This document shows, one piece after another, positions 33,650-43,303 of a DNA stretch of 64,000 nt. A model generated the notes under the pieces. It was given only the letters and a program-made list of their open reading frames with translations. It searched no databases and was not told the origin of the DNA. The position numbers and the translations under genes were made by a program. The stretch spans positions 678 through 64,677 of the forward strand of contig JAXMEA010000014.1 in NCBI GenBank assembly GCA_046348525.1, written 5' to 3'. The DNA is from Alphaproteobacteria bacterium. Its GTDB lineage: Bacteria; Pseudomonadota; Alphaproteobacteria; Micropepsales; Micropepsaceae. Position 1 is the first letter of the stretch, and every line of letters starts with the position of its first letter.

Positions 33650-34939
33650 ATGACACGCCATACGCGCCCCTTCACCGGCCTGCAGCGGCTGGCCGCCCTG
33701 TGCGGCACCCTTGTCGCGGTGGCCTGCGCCACCACCGCGCCCAAGCCCACCCCGCCTGTCCCGCCGGCCCGGTCCATCCCGATCGCCCCCCTGCCCCAGC
33801 GGCCGACCTCCGGCGATGCCAGGTTCGACGCCTTCCTGGACGCGGCCCGCATCACCGCCCTGGGCCAGGGCATCACCGCACAGACCTTCGACAGCGCCAC
33901 CGCGGGCCTGCGGCCCGTTCCCAGCATCGCAAACTCCAACGCCAACCAGCCGGAATTCTCCAAGCCGGTCTGGGCGTACCTGGACTCGGCGGTGTCGGCG
34001 CGGCGGATCAAGGACGCCCAGGTGATGCTGGCGCGATACGGCAATGTGCTGGACGGAATCGAATCCGCCAGTGGGGTCCCGAAGGAAATCCTGGTCGCTG
34101 TCTGGGGCATGGAGACCGACTATGGCGCCGACAATGGCAGCATGAACCTGTTCGCGGCGCTGGCGACCCTGGCCTATGACGGGCCGCGCGCCGATTATGC
34201 CCGGCCGGAATTCTTCGCCGCGCTGAAGATCTACCAGGACCAGCATTATCCCTTGAGCGAAATGACCGCGAGCTGGGCCGGCGCATTCGGCCAGACCCAG
34301 TTCACGCCGACGACGTTCCTGAAATATGCCGTGGATGGCGATGGCGACGGCCAGATCGACTTGTGGCGCTCAGCGCCTGATGCGCTGGCTTCGGCGTCGC
34401 GCCTGCTGTCCGGCCAGGGATGGCAGAAGGGACAGCCCTGGGGCTTTGAAGTGAAATTGCCGGCCGGTTTCGCCTATGAAGATGCCGACGCCGAGACGCA
34501 GAAGCCGATCAGCGAATGGCGCACACGCGGCGTCAGGCGGATCGACGGGACGGCCTTGCCCCGCGACGGCGGCAATGCGGCGATCTACCTGCCGGCCGGG
34601 GCGCGTGGCCCGGCCTTCATGCTGTTCCCCAACTTCAACGTCATCCTGAAATACAACAATGCCGCCAGCTATGCCCTGGCAGTAGGCTTGCTGGCGGACC
34701 GCATGGCCGGGGGCATGCCAGTGAAGCATGCCTGGCCGCGCGAGGAACGCCCCCTGTCGCGCAATGAACGCATCAGCTTCCAGGCCGATCTCAACAAGGC
34801 CGGGTATGACTGCGGCACGCCCGATGGCGTATTGGGCCGAAAGACCCGCGCCGCCTTGCGCCAATATCAGAAGGCGCGTGGATTGCCGGCCGACGGTTTT
34901 CCCACCGCGTCCTTGCTGGAGCTGTTGGAAAAGGCCTAG
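33650..34939 (+). CDS. lytic murein transglycosylase (MltB/SLT_2) lipoprotein with PG-binding domain
   Basis: Lipobox AVAC, WGMETDYG, ASWAGAFGQTQF, YNNAASYAL, DGVLG.KTR. Confidence 0.9.
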   Translation: MTRHTRPFTGLQRLAALCGTLVAVACATTAPKPTPPVPPARSIPIAPLPQRPTSGDARFDAFLDAARITALGQGITAQTFDSATAGLRPVPSIANSNANQPEFSKPVWAYLDSAVSARRIKDAQVMLARYGNVLDGIESASGVPKEILVAVWGMETDYGADNGSMNLFAALATLAYDGPRADYARPEFFAALKIYQDQHYPLSEMTASWAGAFGQTQFTPTTFLKYAVDGDGDGQIDLWRSAPDALASASRLLSGQGWQKGQPWGFEVKLPAGFAYEDADAETQKPISEWRTRGVRRIDGTALPRDGGNAAIYLPAGARGPAFMLFPNFNVILKYNNAASYALAVGLLADRMAGGMPVKHAWPREERPLSRNERISFQADLNKAGYDCGTPDGVLGRKTRAALRQYQKARGLPADGFPTASLLELLEKA

Positions 34940-37026
34940 CGGATTTTCTTGAAGCGCACCTGGCTGGTGTCGCTGCGGCCATCGGCGTCCACCACCGTCA
35001 CCCGCGCCAAGCCTTCGCCTTGCGGCGTGTAAAGCGCCGGCGCGAAACGGTCGAAGCTGCCCAGGGGCGCGCCATTCACCAGCCAGGTCAGGGGCGCGCG
35101 GCCGCCTTCGGCTTTTAACTGCAGCGCCGCGTCTTTGGCCTTGGCGTCCGGCAGCGGCACCACCGCGCCATTGGGCGGGAAGGCGATGGCGGGCGGCGGC
35201 AGTTCGGCCACCTGGACCTGCGGCGCCGGCGTGGATTCGCGGCGAAAGGTGCGCAGGTTGGGCGGCAGCTCATCAGTGCTGCGCACCAGCAGGGCACCGG
35301 CCGGCACCTGTGGTGCAGGCCGCTTGTCAGCGGGCAACAGGCCGAACATCTTCAGCAGCACCGGCGCGCCCGCTTCGCGGCCGATATGACCGGGACGTGG
35401 CGTACCGTCGGCGCGGCCCACCCACACCGCCACGGTATAGTCATTGGAAAAGCCAACCGACCAGGCATCGCGGAAGCCATAGGAGGTGCCGGTCTTGAAA
35501 CCGATGGTGCGCTTTTTCAAAAGCCCCTGCCCCATTGCCCAGCCATCGGGCAGGTTCACGCCGTCCAGGATTTCGCGCAGGTACCAGGCCGCCACGGGCC
35601 CGAACAGCCGGTGCCTGGGCGCATCCGGCACACCATCGATGAAGCGCAATCCTTGCGCCGTGCCGCCTTCGGCAATCCCGGCATAGAGCATGGCGATGTC
35701 GGACAGCGAGATGCCAAGCCCGCCCAGCGCCACCGGCAAGCTGGGCGCATCACGGGTCGGAAACGCCAGATGCGCGCCGGCATTCTGCAGGCTGAGCGTG
35801 AAGGTCAGCGGGCCGACACGGTCCAGAACCGTCACCGCCGGAATGTTCAGCGACATCTGCAAGGCGTCGCGCGCCGTCACCGAGCCCTGGAACGAACCAT
35901 CGAAATCGCGGGGCGCATAATCGCCGAACAGGGTCGGCGCGTCCTCCATCCGGCTGGCGGGATGCAGGATCAAATTGTCGAAGGCCAGGCCATAAATGAA
36001 AGGCTTGAGCGCCGAACCGGGCGAGCGGCTGCGCGAGGCCAGGTCCACCTGTCCCGACTTGCCCCAGTAATCGGTGCCGCCGATATAGGCCACCACATTG
36101 CGGCTGGCGTTCTCCACCACCACGATGCTGATGTCGGCGCCATCGTCGAAATAGGAGCGTTCCTGTTTGGCCAACCGCTCGGCGGCGCCCTGGATGCCGG
36201 CATCAAGTGTCGTGACGATGCGCGGCGACTTGTTCTTCAGGACAAGGCGCTGCGCCAGATGCGGTGCGCCCATCGGCATCGGCTGGCGGGCAAACGGCAC
36301 GCCTTCCTTCATGGCGGTGGCGGCATCGCCGGCGCTGACCACGCCTTCCTCCACCATGCGGCGCAGCACCTTATCGCGCCCGGCCAGGGCGCGTTTGGCG
36401 TGACGGTCGGGGCGCTGTTTCACCGGCGACTGGGGCAATGCCACCAGCAGCGCGCTTTCGGCGAGATCCAGCGAACCCGGTTCCTTGCCGAAATAGGACA
36501 GCGAAGCGGCGCGCACCCCTTCCAGGTTGCCGCCCATCGGCGCCAGGGTCAGGTACAGGGACAGGATCTCATCCTTGGAGTAGCGCTCTTCTAGCTGGGC
36601 CGCGCGCACCATCTGGATCAGCTTGCCGCCGATGCCATGGCCATGCGGCTCAAGCAGCCGCGCCACTTGCATGGTCAGTGTCGAACCGCCCGACACGATG
36701 TGGCCCGCATGCACGAACTGGAAGGCGGCGCGCGCCATGGCGGGCGGATCCACGCCCCAATGCCGGTCGAAGCGCTTGTCTTCGTAGGCCTTCAGCATGG
36801 CCAGGTATCGCGGCCCTACCTGGTCCGGCGTGGTCCGGATACGCCAGGCGCCATCGCTGCTGAGGAAGGCGCGCAGCAGGCTGCCGTCCTTGGCCGTCAC
36901 TTCCGGCGACAGGGTATTGGCCCGCGTCATGTTTGGCGGCAACACCAGGTCGGCCAGGGTCACCAGCCCGACAAGTGCCGCGGCGATGCGCAGCCTGGCC
37001 AACCAGCGCGGCGTCGTTTGATTCAT
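34936..37026 (-). CDS. pbpC: penicillin-binding protein 1C
   Basis: EDKRF, GGSTLTMQ, SPGSALKP, SLN, KTGTS; follows alpha-2-macroglobulin. Confidence 0.95.
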   Translation of the reverse strand: MNQTTPRWLARLRIAAALVGLVTLADLVLPPNMTRANTLSPEVTAKDGSLLRAFLSSDGAWRIRTTPDQVGPRYLAMLKAYEDKRFDRHWGVDPPAMARAAFQFVHAGHIVSGGSTLTMQVARLLEPHGHGIGGKLIQMVRAAQLEERYSKDEILSLYLTLAPMGGNLEGVRAASLSYFGKEPGSLDLAESALLVALPQSPVKQRPDRHAKRALAGRDKVLRRMVEEGVVSAGDAATAMKEGVPFARQPMPMGAPHLAQRLVLKNKSPRIVTTLDAGIQGAAERLAKQERSYFDDGADISIVVVENASRNVVAYIGGTDYWGKSGQVDLASRSRSPGSALKPFIYGLAFDNLILHPASRMEDAPTLFGDYAPRDFDGSFQGSVTARDALQMSLNIPAVTVLDRVGPLTFTLSLQNAGAHLAFPTRDAPSLPVALGGLGISLSDIAMLYAGIAEGGTAQGLRFIDGVPDAPRHRLFGPVAAWYLREILDGVNLPDGWAMGQGLLKKRTIGFKTGTSYGFRDAWSVGFSNDYTVAVWVGRADGTPRPGHIGREAGAPVLLKMFGLLPADKRPAPQVPAGALLVRSTDELPPNLRTFRRESTPAPQVQVAELPPPAIAFPPNGAVVPLPDAKAKDAALQLKAEGGRAPLTWLVNGAPLGSFDRFAPALYTPQGEGLARVTVVDADGRSDTSQVRFKKIR

Positions 37027-40000
37027 TGGGCGATGTTCAATTCGCTCATGGAGGTGCGCGCCCGGATGGCGGGGGCATACATGTCTTCGGCCCAGGCGGC
37101 GGGAAGCGCGAAATGACCCACCGACACGGCGCGCGCGATGTAGGCGACATGGAAGCTTGGGGTTGGTTCCGGACCCTTGCGGTTCACCGGGCGATAGCGG
37201 GTGCCGATGTCGAAGGCGGCGACAAACCGGTCGTCGCGCGCATCCTGCATGCTGGCCTCGGTCAGGGCGCCGACAAAGGGATAGGCCTTGGCATCATCGC
37301 CCTTCAGGGGTTGCTCGATCTCAAGCCCTGCGGGCAGCAGGTCGATCACGCCCATCTGGTGATAGACATCGCTGGGCATCTGGCCGCTGATCACCACGAT
37401 CACCCGGTCGTTCAGGTGCAGCGAAGAGACATCGGCGGGCGAGCCCGACATGGTCCAGATGCTCTTGCTGAGGGTGAAGCCATCCGCTGTGGCCGGTAGC
37501 GCCGCATTGGGCGTGCCGCTCACGGCGGTGGAACGCCACACCCCCGCATCGCCCTTGTTGGCGATGGTGATGCCTGCATCCAGCTGCGCCAGGGTGGGCG
37601 CCAGCCGCACCGCGCCATCGCGCGGCACCGCGGGCGCGCCATTGACGGTGATGTTCAGCGGCAGCTTCTGGCGGGTCAGCGCATAGGCGGCGCGCAGCAT
37701 CCAGCCTTTTTCCTGGGTCGTGGTGTCCTGGATTTTGGTGTTCACCGCTTTCACCTTGTCCAAGAGCTGCGGCACCAGGTCAGCCTTGCCGCTTTCCGCC
37801 GCCAGCGCGATGGCGCCCGACAGGTCGCGCAGCAGTGAGGCGTAATAGTCATGCGCATAGGTGGCCGGATCGGCACCGACCAGGATGTCGCGCGCCCGGC
37901 GGAAGCCATATTCCGCGCGGCTGCGGTCGCCCGTCATGGACGCGGCCGCGCCGGTCAGCGCCGCCGCCATGCCCGACTTCATCGCGCCCACCTTGGTATC
38001 GCTGAAATAGCGCAGGTCCGAAACATTGGCCTGGCTGTTGGCGGCCAGCACATAGAAGGCATAAGCGCGGGTGAGATCGTCGCTGCCGGCGGAGGTGCCG
38101 TTGGTCTTCAGCCAATTGGCGCCGCGCTTCATCGCGTCATTGGGCACGACAAAGCCCCTGGCCTTGGCCTGGAACAGGAAGTCCATGGCATAGACGCTGA
38201 GGAAATTGTCGGCGTCGCTGCCCGGTCCCCACATGCCGAAATTGCCGGCATAATTCTGCATGTCCAGCACCTGGTCCACCGCCTGCTGGATGCGCCCGCG
38301 CAAGGCGTTGTCGCGTGGCAAGCCGGCCAGGCCGGCGACATCGTTGAACAGCAGCAGCGGCTGGGCGCGGCTGGTGGTCTGCTCGATGCAGCCATAGGGA
38401 TACTTGTCCAGCCACTTCAAAAGGCCCGCGACATTGTTATAGCCATGCGCCGCGGAGACGCTGACCGTGGCATTGGCGGTCGATCCGACCAGATCGGAGA
38501 TCACGCTGCGGTTCGCCACATAGGTCCCGCCCGCTGGCAGAGGCAGTTCTTCTTCCCGCGCCACATCAAGCTGTGCGGCCCGCACCTGGATCGGCCAGCC
38601 GTGCGTGACATGGAAACCGTTGGGACCTTTCACATCCAGGGTGATGCCCGCGATACCAAGTCCGGCGCCGCGGAGCTGCACCGGCACCAGAGCGCGCTGG
38701 CCGCGCCTCAAATTCTGGTTCACCACCGTCTGGGCACCATTGGCCAACGACACCGGACCGCGGGTCTGGATGGTGGCGACATAATTGCCGGGTCCGCCCT
38801 CGATATTATCCAGGTTCAGTGCGGCGCCGATGCTGTCGCCAGGTGACAGGAAACGCGGCAACACCAGATCGGCGACCACCGGATCGCGCACGATCAGCAT
38901 GCGGTCGGCATGACCGACTTTATTGCCGCTCCACGCCACCGCCATCAGCCGCAGCGAGCCGTTAAAGTCGGGCACATCCAGGGTGATGTTGGCGACGCCG
39001 CCAGACCCCACCTTCACCAGTCCGCTGAACAGCGCCACGGTCTTTTGCGGCACCACCGCCAGGCCGCGGCCGCCGAAACCGTCGCCGCCCTGCTCCATGG
39101 CGCCGACCGCGCCTTTTTCCACCCGGATCAGCCGGCCATAGTCATCGCGCATCAACACGCCCAAACGGCGCTTGCCGAAATAATACTCGACCGGATCGGG
39201 TGATTTGAAATCGGTAAGCTGCAAGATGCCTTCATCCACCGCCGCCAGGGTGACGTAAGCTTCGTCACTGCCCGCGCCCTGCACGCTGACGGGAATGGTC
39301 ACCTTCTGGCGCGGCAGGATCTTGGGCGCCCCCCCTACGGACACATTCAAGGTGCGCGGGCCATTGTCGACACCCAGCCAGGCCACACCAATGCTGCGCA
39401 CCGGCTCGCGGCCTTTCAAATCCGCCAGCGGGCGATAGTCAGTCACCAGCACATAGGCGCCGGCGCCCCAGTCGGCCGACACCGGGATGTCCACGCTGGC
39501 GCCGCTGGCCGGGGCATCGATCAATTTGGAGGAAAAGACGCGGTCGCCCGCCACCACCACCAGCGCCTTGCCGTTTCCGTCCGGCTTGATACGCACATGC
39601 GCCACCGCGCCCGGTGCATAGGACGGCTTGTCGGCTGCCACCGGGATACGGTCGGGCCGGTCACCGGCGCTGGAGGCGCCCCAGCCGGAATAGAAGCGAT
39701 AGGAGGTCGCCGCGCCCGACTTGGGATCGCTGACCGTCAGCCGGTAGGTGCCATAGGAGAATGCCTGTTCCAGCCGCGCGCTGGCGCCGGCGCCGATATT
39801 GATGCTGCTGCTGGAGACCAGCCGGTCGCGGGTGGTGGACTGGTACTTCCATTCGCCGTTGGTCTGGAACCATTGGTAAGTGGTGTCCTCGCGCACCCAG
39901 CTGAAGGTGAGGCCGCTTAGCGCGATGCGCTTGCCGTCGGCGTCCACCGCGATGACTTCGAATCCGGCGCGGGCATTTTCTGCCACCTGGCCGCCGTCGA

Positions 40001-41915
40001 ACACCGGGCGGATGCCGATCATCGCCTCATGGGTGCGGATGGGAATGAAAGTGGTCTTGTCAGTAGTGCGTCCGCCCGGCTCATGGATGGAAATGCGGAT
40101 CTTGGCTTTCAGCGGCAAGGTGGTGTCGGCCAGCGCGCCGGTATTGCCGGTGACATTGGTCAGGCCCGCCGCGTCGGTGGCGGGTACGGAAAGATCGACC
40201 TTGGTCTCGGAGAAAGTGTCGTCCATGCGGCCGAACTGGAAGCCATGATATTGCGGATAGGGATCGGCGTCGGCGGCGATGGCGGCCTCGCCGTCGCCCG
40301 ACAAGCCGCTGGCGGGCGCGCCATATAAAAAGCGCGCATCAACCCGGACATGGAAATCCCCGCCCGGCTTGATGCTCTTTTCCACCGCCGTCAGGTTCAC
40401 TTTCAGGCGCTGGGGCACGAAGTCGGCGACATCGAACTGCACCCGGCCCACCGCGGGCGCCTTGGGATCGATGTAGGCAGCGATTTGCCAGCGGCCATGC
40501 GGCGCGCTTTGCGACAGCTTCAGCGACCATGCGGCACTGCCGGCCGCCAGCTTGTCGCCGGGCACGGTGATGCGGCCCACTTCCAGCCCGTCGGGACGCT
40601 GCGCCACCAGGGTCAGCGGCGCGGTGATGGCGGCGCCGATGCGGTCGCGCAGCATGGCAACCGCCTGCACCGTCTCGCCAGGGCGATAGATGCCGCGCTC
40701 GGTGTACAGCCAGGAATCCACCGGGCCGGGCGAAGACCGCCCGCCCACGCCGCGATCGGTCAAATCGAAAGCAGCGCGGCGCAAATCCAGGAAGCTGAAG
40801 TCGCCGCCCGGACCATAGGCCATCACCATCACCGGCTCGTCGCCGCCGGTGGCCTTGAACAGGCCGGCGTCGAAATCGGCGCGGCCATTATTGTCGGTGG
40901 TGACGCTGGCAAGTTCGTTGTTGTTGTGCGCCACCAGGGTCAGCTTCACCCCGGACATGGAGGTGGCGCGGTTGTAGGAGCGGGCGAATACCGTCAGCCC
41001 CGATCCGGTGGCGACATTGGCGCTGGTGAAGCTGGTCAGCGAGATATTGCTGTCGACCACCCATTGCATGGCCAGCTCGCCGGAATTGTCGTCCTCGTTG
41101 ACGGGCTTCTTGGCAGCATCCTGGGCCACGATGACATAGGCGCCGGGCTTCTGGCCCTTCAGCAGATCATGAATTGGGATCAGGGTAGTGACGCTGTCAT
41201 TCTTGACATTGTCGACCGCCATATTGCCCTGCCACACCAGCTTGCCCTGGTTGTCCTGCAGCTGCTTGGCGTCCCAGGTGTAGAGCGTGGTGTTGTCGAT
41301 GGTACCGGTTTCAATCTGGGATAAGAGGCGGTCGCCTACCCGGATGATCTTCAGCGCCAGCTTGTCGATATTCACTGTGACGACCGGCACGCCGGCGGCA
41401 TTGTCGCGCGGCAGGATGATGCCGCCATTGAACCGCACCAGCGCCGGCTTGTCGCGCAGTTCGACCGGCACGGTTTCTTCCTCGGTCAGCTTGTCGCCGC
41501 CGGCGGAGGGAAAGCCGGTCTTGAGCGTCACGTTATAGGTCTTGTCGAACGCCATGCCCGCCAGACACAGGCGGGTATCCACCACCCGCACCGCCACCTT
41601 CAGGGCGGGGTCGATGGACAGGTAATCCTCGTAATGGGTCTTGCCGCTGGCATCCAGGGCGCGGGTGAAGACCAGGCAGGCCTCGGCCTGGGGCTTGGAG
41701 ACATCCACGTCAAGACGGCGGAAGGCGAAATACTTGGCTTCTTCAGTAACCGGCGCACTGCCCCCGGTCACGGCGGCGATGCCGCTTTGCAGCCGGGCCA
41801 GCACGCCGGCGTCCTTGGCGCCGTGTCCGCCCAGGTGGTAGGCGACCACCAGGAGCACCACCAGCACAGCGGCGATGCCGCCCCCGATCATGAGCCAAAG
41901 CCGCTGGTTTTTCAT
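37023..41915 (-). CDS. bacterial alpha-2-macroglobulin
   Basis: 1630 aa; TERGIYRPGE, AVDEGIL, thioester motif YPYGCIEQ, DLLPAG, EDMY. Confidence 0.95.
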   Translation of the reverse strand: MKNQRLWLMIGGGIAAVLVVLLVVAYHLGGHGAKDAGVLARLQSGIAAVTGGSAPVTEEAKYFAFRRLDVDVSKPQAEACLVFTRALDASGKTHYEDYLSIDPALKVAVRVVDTRLCLAGMAFDKTYNVTLKTGFPSAGGDKLTEEETVPVELRDKPALVRFNGGIILPRDNAAGVPVVTVNIDKLALKIIRVGDRLLSQIETGTIDNTTLYTWDAKQLQDNQGKLVWQGNMAVDNVKNDSVTTLIPIHDLLKGQKPGAYVIVAQDAAKKPVNEDDNSGELAMQWVVDSNISLTSFTSANVATGSGLTVFARSYNRATSMSGVKLTLVAHNNNELASVTTDNNGRADFDAGLFKATGGDEPVMVMAYGPGGDFSFLDLRRAAFDLTDRGVGGRSSPGPVDSWLYTERGIYRPGETVQAVAMLRDRIGAAITAPLTLVAQRPDGLEVGRITVPGDKLAAGSAAWSLKLSQSAPHGRWQIAAYIDPKAPAVGRVQFDVADFVPQRLKVNLTAVEKSIKPGGDFHVRVDARFLYGAPASGLSGDGEAAIAADADPYPQYHGFQFGRMDDTFSETKVDLSVPATDAAGLTNVTGNTGALADTTLPLKAKIRISIHEPGGRTTDKTTFIPIRTHEAMIGIRPVFDGGQVAENARAGFEVIAVDADGKRIALSGLTFSWVREDTTYQWFQTNGEWKYQSTTRDRLVSSSSINIGAGASARLEQAFSYGTYRLTVSDPKSGAATSYRFYSGWGASSAGDRPDRIPVAADKPSYAPGAVAHVRIKPDGNGKALVVVAGDRVFSSKLIDAPASGASVDIPVSADWGAGAYVLVTDYRPLADLKGREPVRSIGVAWLGVDNGPRTLNVSVGGAPKILPRQKVTIPVSVQGAGSDEAYVTLAAVDEGILQLTDFKSPDPVEYYFGKRRLGVLMRDDYGRLIRVEKGAVGAMEQGGDGFGGRGLAVVPQKTVALFSGLVKVGSGGVANITLDVPDFNGSLRLMAVAWSGNKVGHADRMLIVRDPVVADLVLPRFLSPGDSIGAALNLDNIEGGPGNYVATIQTRGPVSLANGAQTVVNQNLRRGQRALVPVQLRGAGLGIAGITLDVKGPNGFHVTHGWPIQVRAAQLDVAREEELPLPAGGTYVANRSVISDLVGSTANATVSVSAAHGYNNVAGLLKWLDKYPYGCIEQTTSRAQPLLLFNDVAGLAGLPRDNALRGRIQQAVDQVLDMQNYAGNFGMWGPGSDADNFLSVYAMDFLFQAKARGFVVPNDAMKRGANWLKTNGTSAGSDDLTRAYAFYVLAANSQANVSDLRYFSDTKVGAMKSGMAAALTGAAASMTGDRSRAEYGFRRARDILVGADPATYAHDYYASLLRDLSGAIALAAESGKADLVPQLLDKVKAVNTKIQDTTTQEKGWMLRAAYALTRQKLPLNITVNGAPAVPRDGAVRLAPTLAQLDAGITIANKGDAGVWRSTAVSGTPNAALPATADGFTLSKSIWTMSGSPADVSSLHLNDRVIVVISGQMPSDVYHQMGVIDLLPAGLEIEQPLKGDDAKAYPFVGALTEASMQDARDDRFVAAFDIGTRYRPVNRKGPEPTPSFHVAYIARAVSVGHFALPAAWAEDMYAPAIRARTSMSELNIAQ

Positions 41916-42024
41916 CTGGATCCCGCCCGAGATTCTAGCTTGAGAACGCTAAAGCAAGCAGGCGCGCGAATCGCGGCGGGACCATGACAAAGCGGTGAGT
42001 AGATTGCTCCGTGCGAAAATAATT

Positions 42025-43257
42025 TTACGCCGGACAGTCGAGCCGCTTTGCTGCAAAGCGACACGTGCGTGTTTTGGTGCCTGCCGAGTCGTACAGGTCG
42101 ATGGTCCAGCCCTCGCCCGCCCGCGTCATCAGCAGGAAGCCGAAGCCGCCCACTGACAATCCGTCCAGAACCTTCACGCCCGTATGGCCAAGGAATTGGG
42201 TGCCGCGCAGGTTCTTGGGCGTGACGTCGAGATTGTCGCCGCCATTGCCGGCCACGATCTGGGGCGGCACGCCCTTGTTGTAGTTGATACTTTCAAAGGT
42301 ATGGATATGGCCGGACAGCATCAGCTCGACCGGCCTGGGAATCAGCGGGCCGCCATGGATGGCGTTCAGGTTGGAGCCTTCCATCAGGGTCAGGTTGCCC
42401 CCGACGGGTATGCCAAGTGGCCCGGTGATCGCTGCCCAGGTGGGGCGATGGTGAATCAGCCAGACAGGCGCCTTGGTTTTGGCCAGGCTTGCCAATTCGG
42501 CGGCGTAGGTGTGGGCCCTGGTGCGGTCCAGGTCGATTTCGCCCGAGACCGCATCATCCAGCACCGCCAAAGTCAGCTTCCCCGCCGTCACGGTATAAAG
42601 CGGATCATGCACCGTGCAGGGATCGGCGGCGCCGGGCCCTTGCAGCCGCTCCCACCCCGCCCCGGCACGGGTGCAATCTTCATGATTGCCGCGCACCAGC
42701 ACGATGGGCGCCGCCGCCAGCAACGGCGCGGCGGGGGTATAGAAATCCGCCTGCCAGGTGGTCCAGTTGTCGCCCCAAGGCGAACCGGCGCACCCCGCAT
42801 TGCCGGCCGGACAGGCGCTTTCGCGGTAGAGATAATCGCCAACATGGATGGTCAGGTCGGGCTTGAGCCGGGCCGCCGCCGCGGCCAGCTGCGGAAAAGG
42901 CCATTGTGCCGGATCGTTGCAGGCTTGCAGCGCCCCGCCCTTGATGCGGCAACCGGTATCGCCCAGCACCAGGATGCGCTGGGGATCAGCCAGCGGCACG
43001 GGCAAGGCGATGTCCGCCGCGCTGGCGCTGGTGACGCCGGATGGGATGGCGCCGGCACAGACGAGCGGAAAGCTGTCATTGGCACGGGCGCGCACCGTCA
43101 TGGGCGTATCGCCCTTGTCGGTGTGAAGGACAGGACAAGCGGAGCCTGGGGTCGCCAGCCGCGCTTCGTACCCACCGGGCACAGCCTGCACCCAGGCACT
43201 GTCGGCGGCGTGTGCGGAAACGGGCAGCAGGAACAGAAGCGCAAGAAGCTTTTTCAT
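42025..43257 (-). CDS. exported calcineurin-like metallophosphoesterase
   Basis: Signal peptide; GDTG, HVGDY, RGNHE, HHRP, SGHIH. Confidence 0.9.
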   Translation of the reverse strand: MKKLLALLFLLPVSAHAADSAWVQAVPGGYEARLATPGSACPVLHTDKGDTPMTVRARANDSFPLVCAGAIPSGVTSASAADIALPVPLADPQRILVLGDTGCRIKGGALQACNDPAQWPFPQLAAAAARLKPDLTIHVGDYLYRESACPAGNAGCAGSPWGDNWTTWQADFYTPAAPLLAAAPIVLVRGNHEDCTRAGAGWERLQGPGAADPCTVHDPLYTVTAGKLTLAVLDDAVSGEIDLDRTRAHTYAAELASLAKTKAPVWLIHHRPTWAAITGPLGIPVGGNLTLMEGSNLNAIHGGPLIPRPVELMLSGHIHTFESINYNKGVPPQIVAGNGGDNLDVTPKNLRGTQFLGHTGVKVLDGLSVGGFGFLLMTRAGEGWTIDLYDSAGTKTRTCRFAAKRLDCPA

Positions 43258-43303
43258 GGCGCCGAGCCTACCTGCCCCGAGCGCGTCAGAACAACTGCTT
43301 CCC

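Noticed and set aside
33650..41915. Alpha-2-macroglobulin, pbpC and transglycosylase as a novel system
   Set aside because: The A2M-pbpC pairing is well described and the CxEQ motif is intact.
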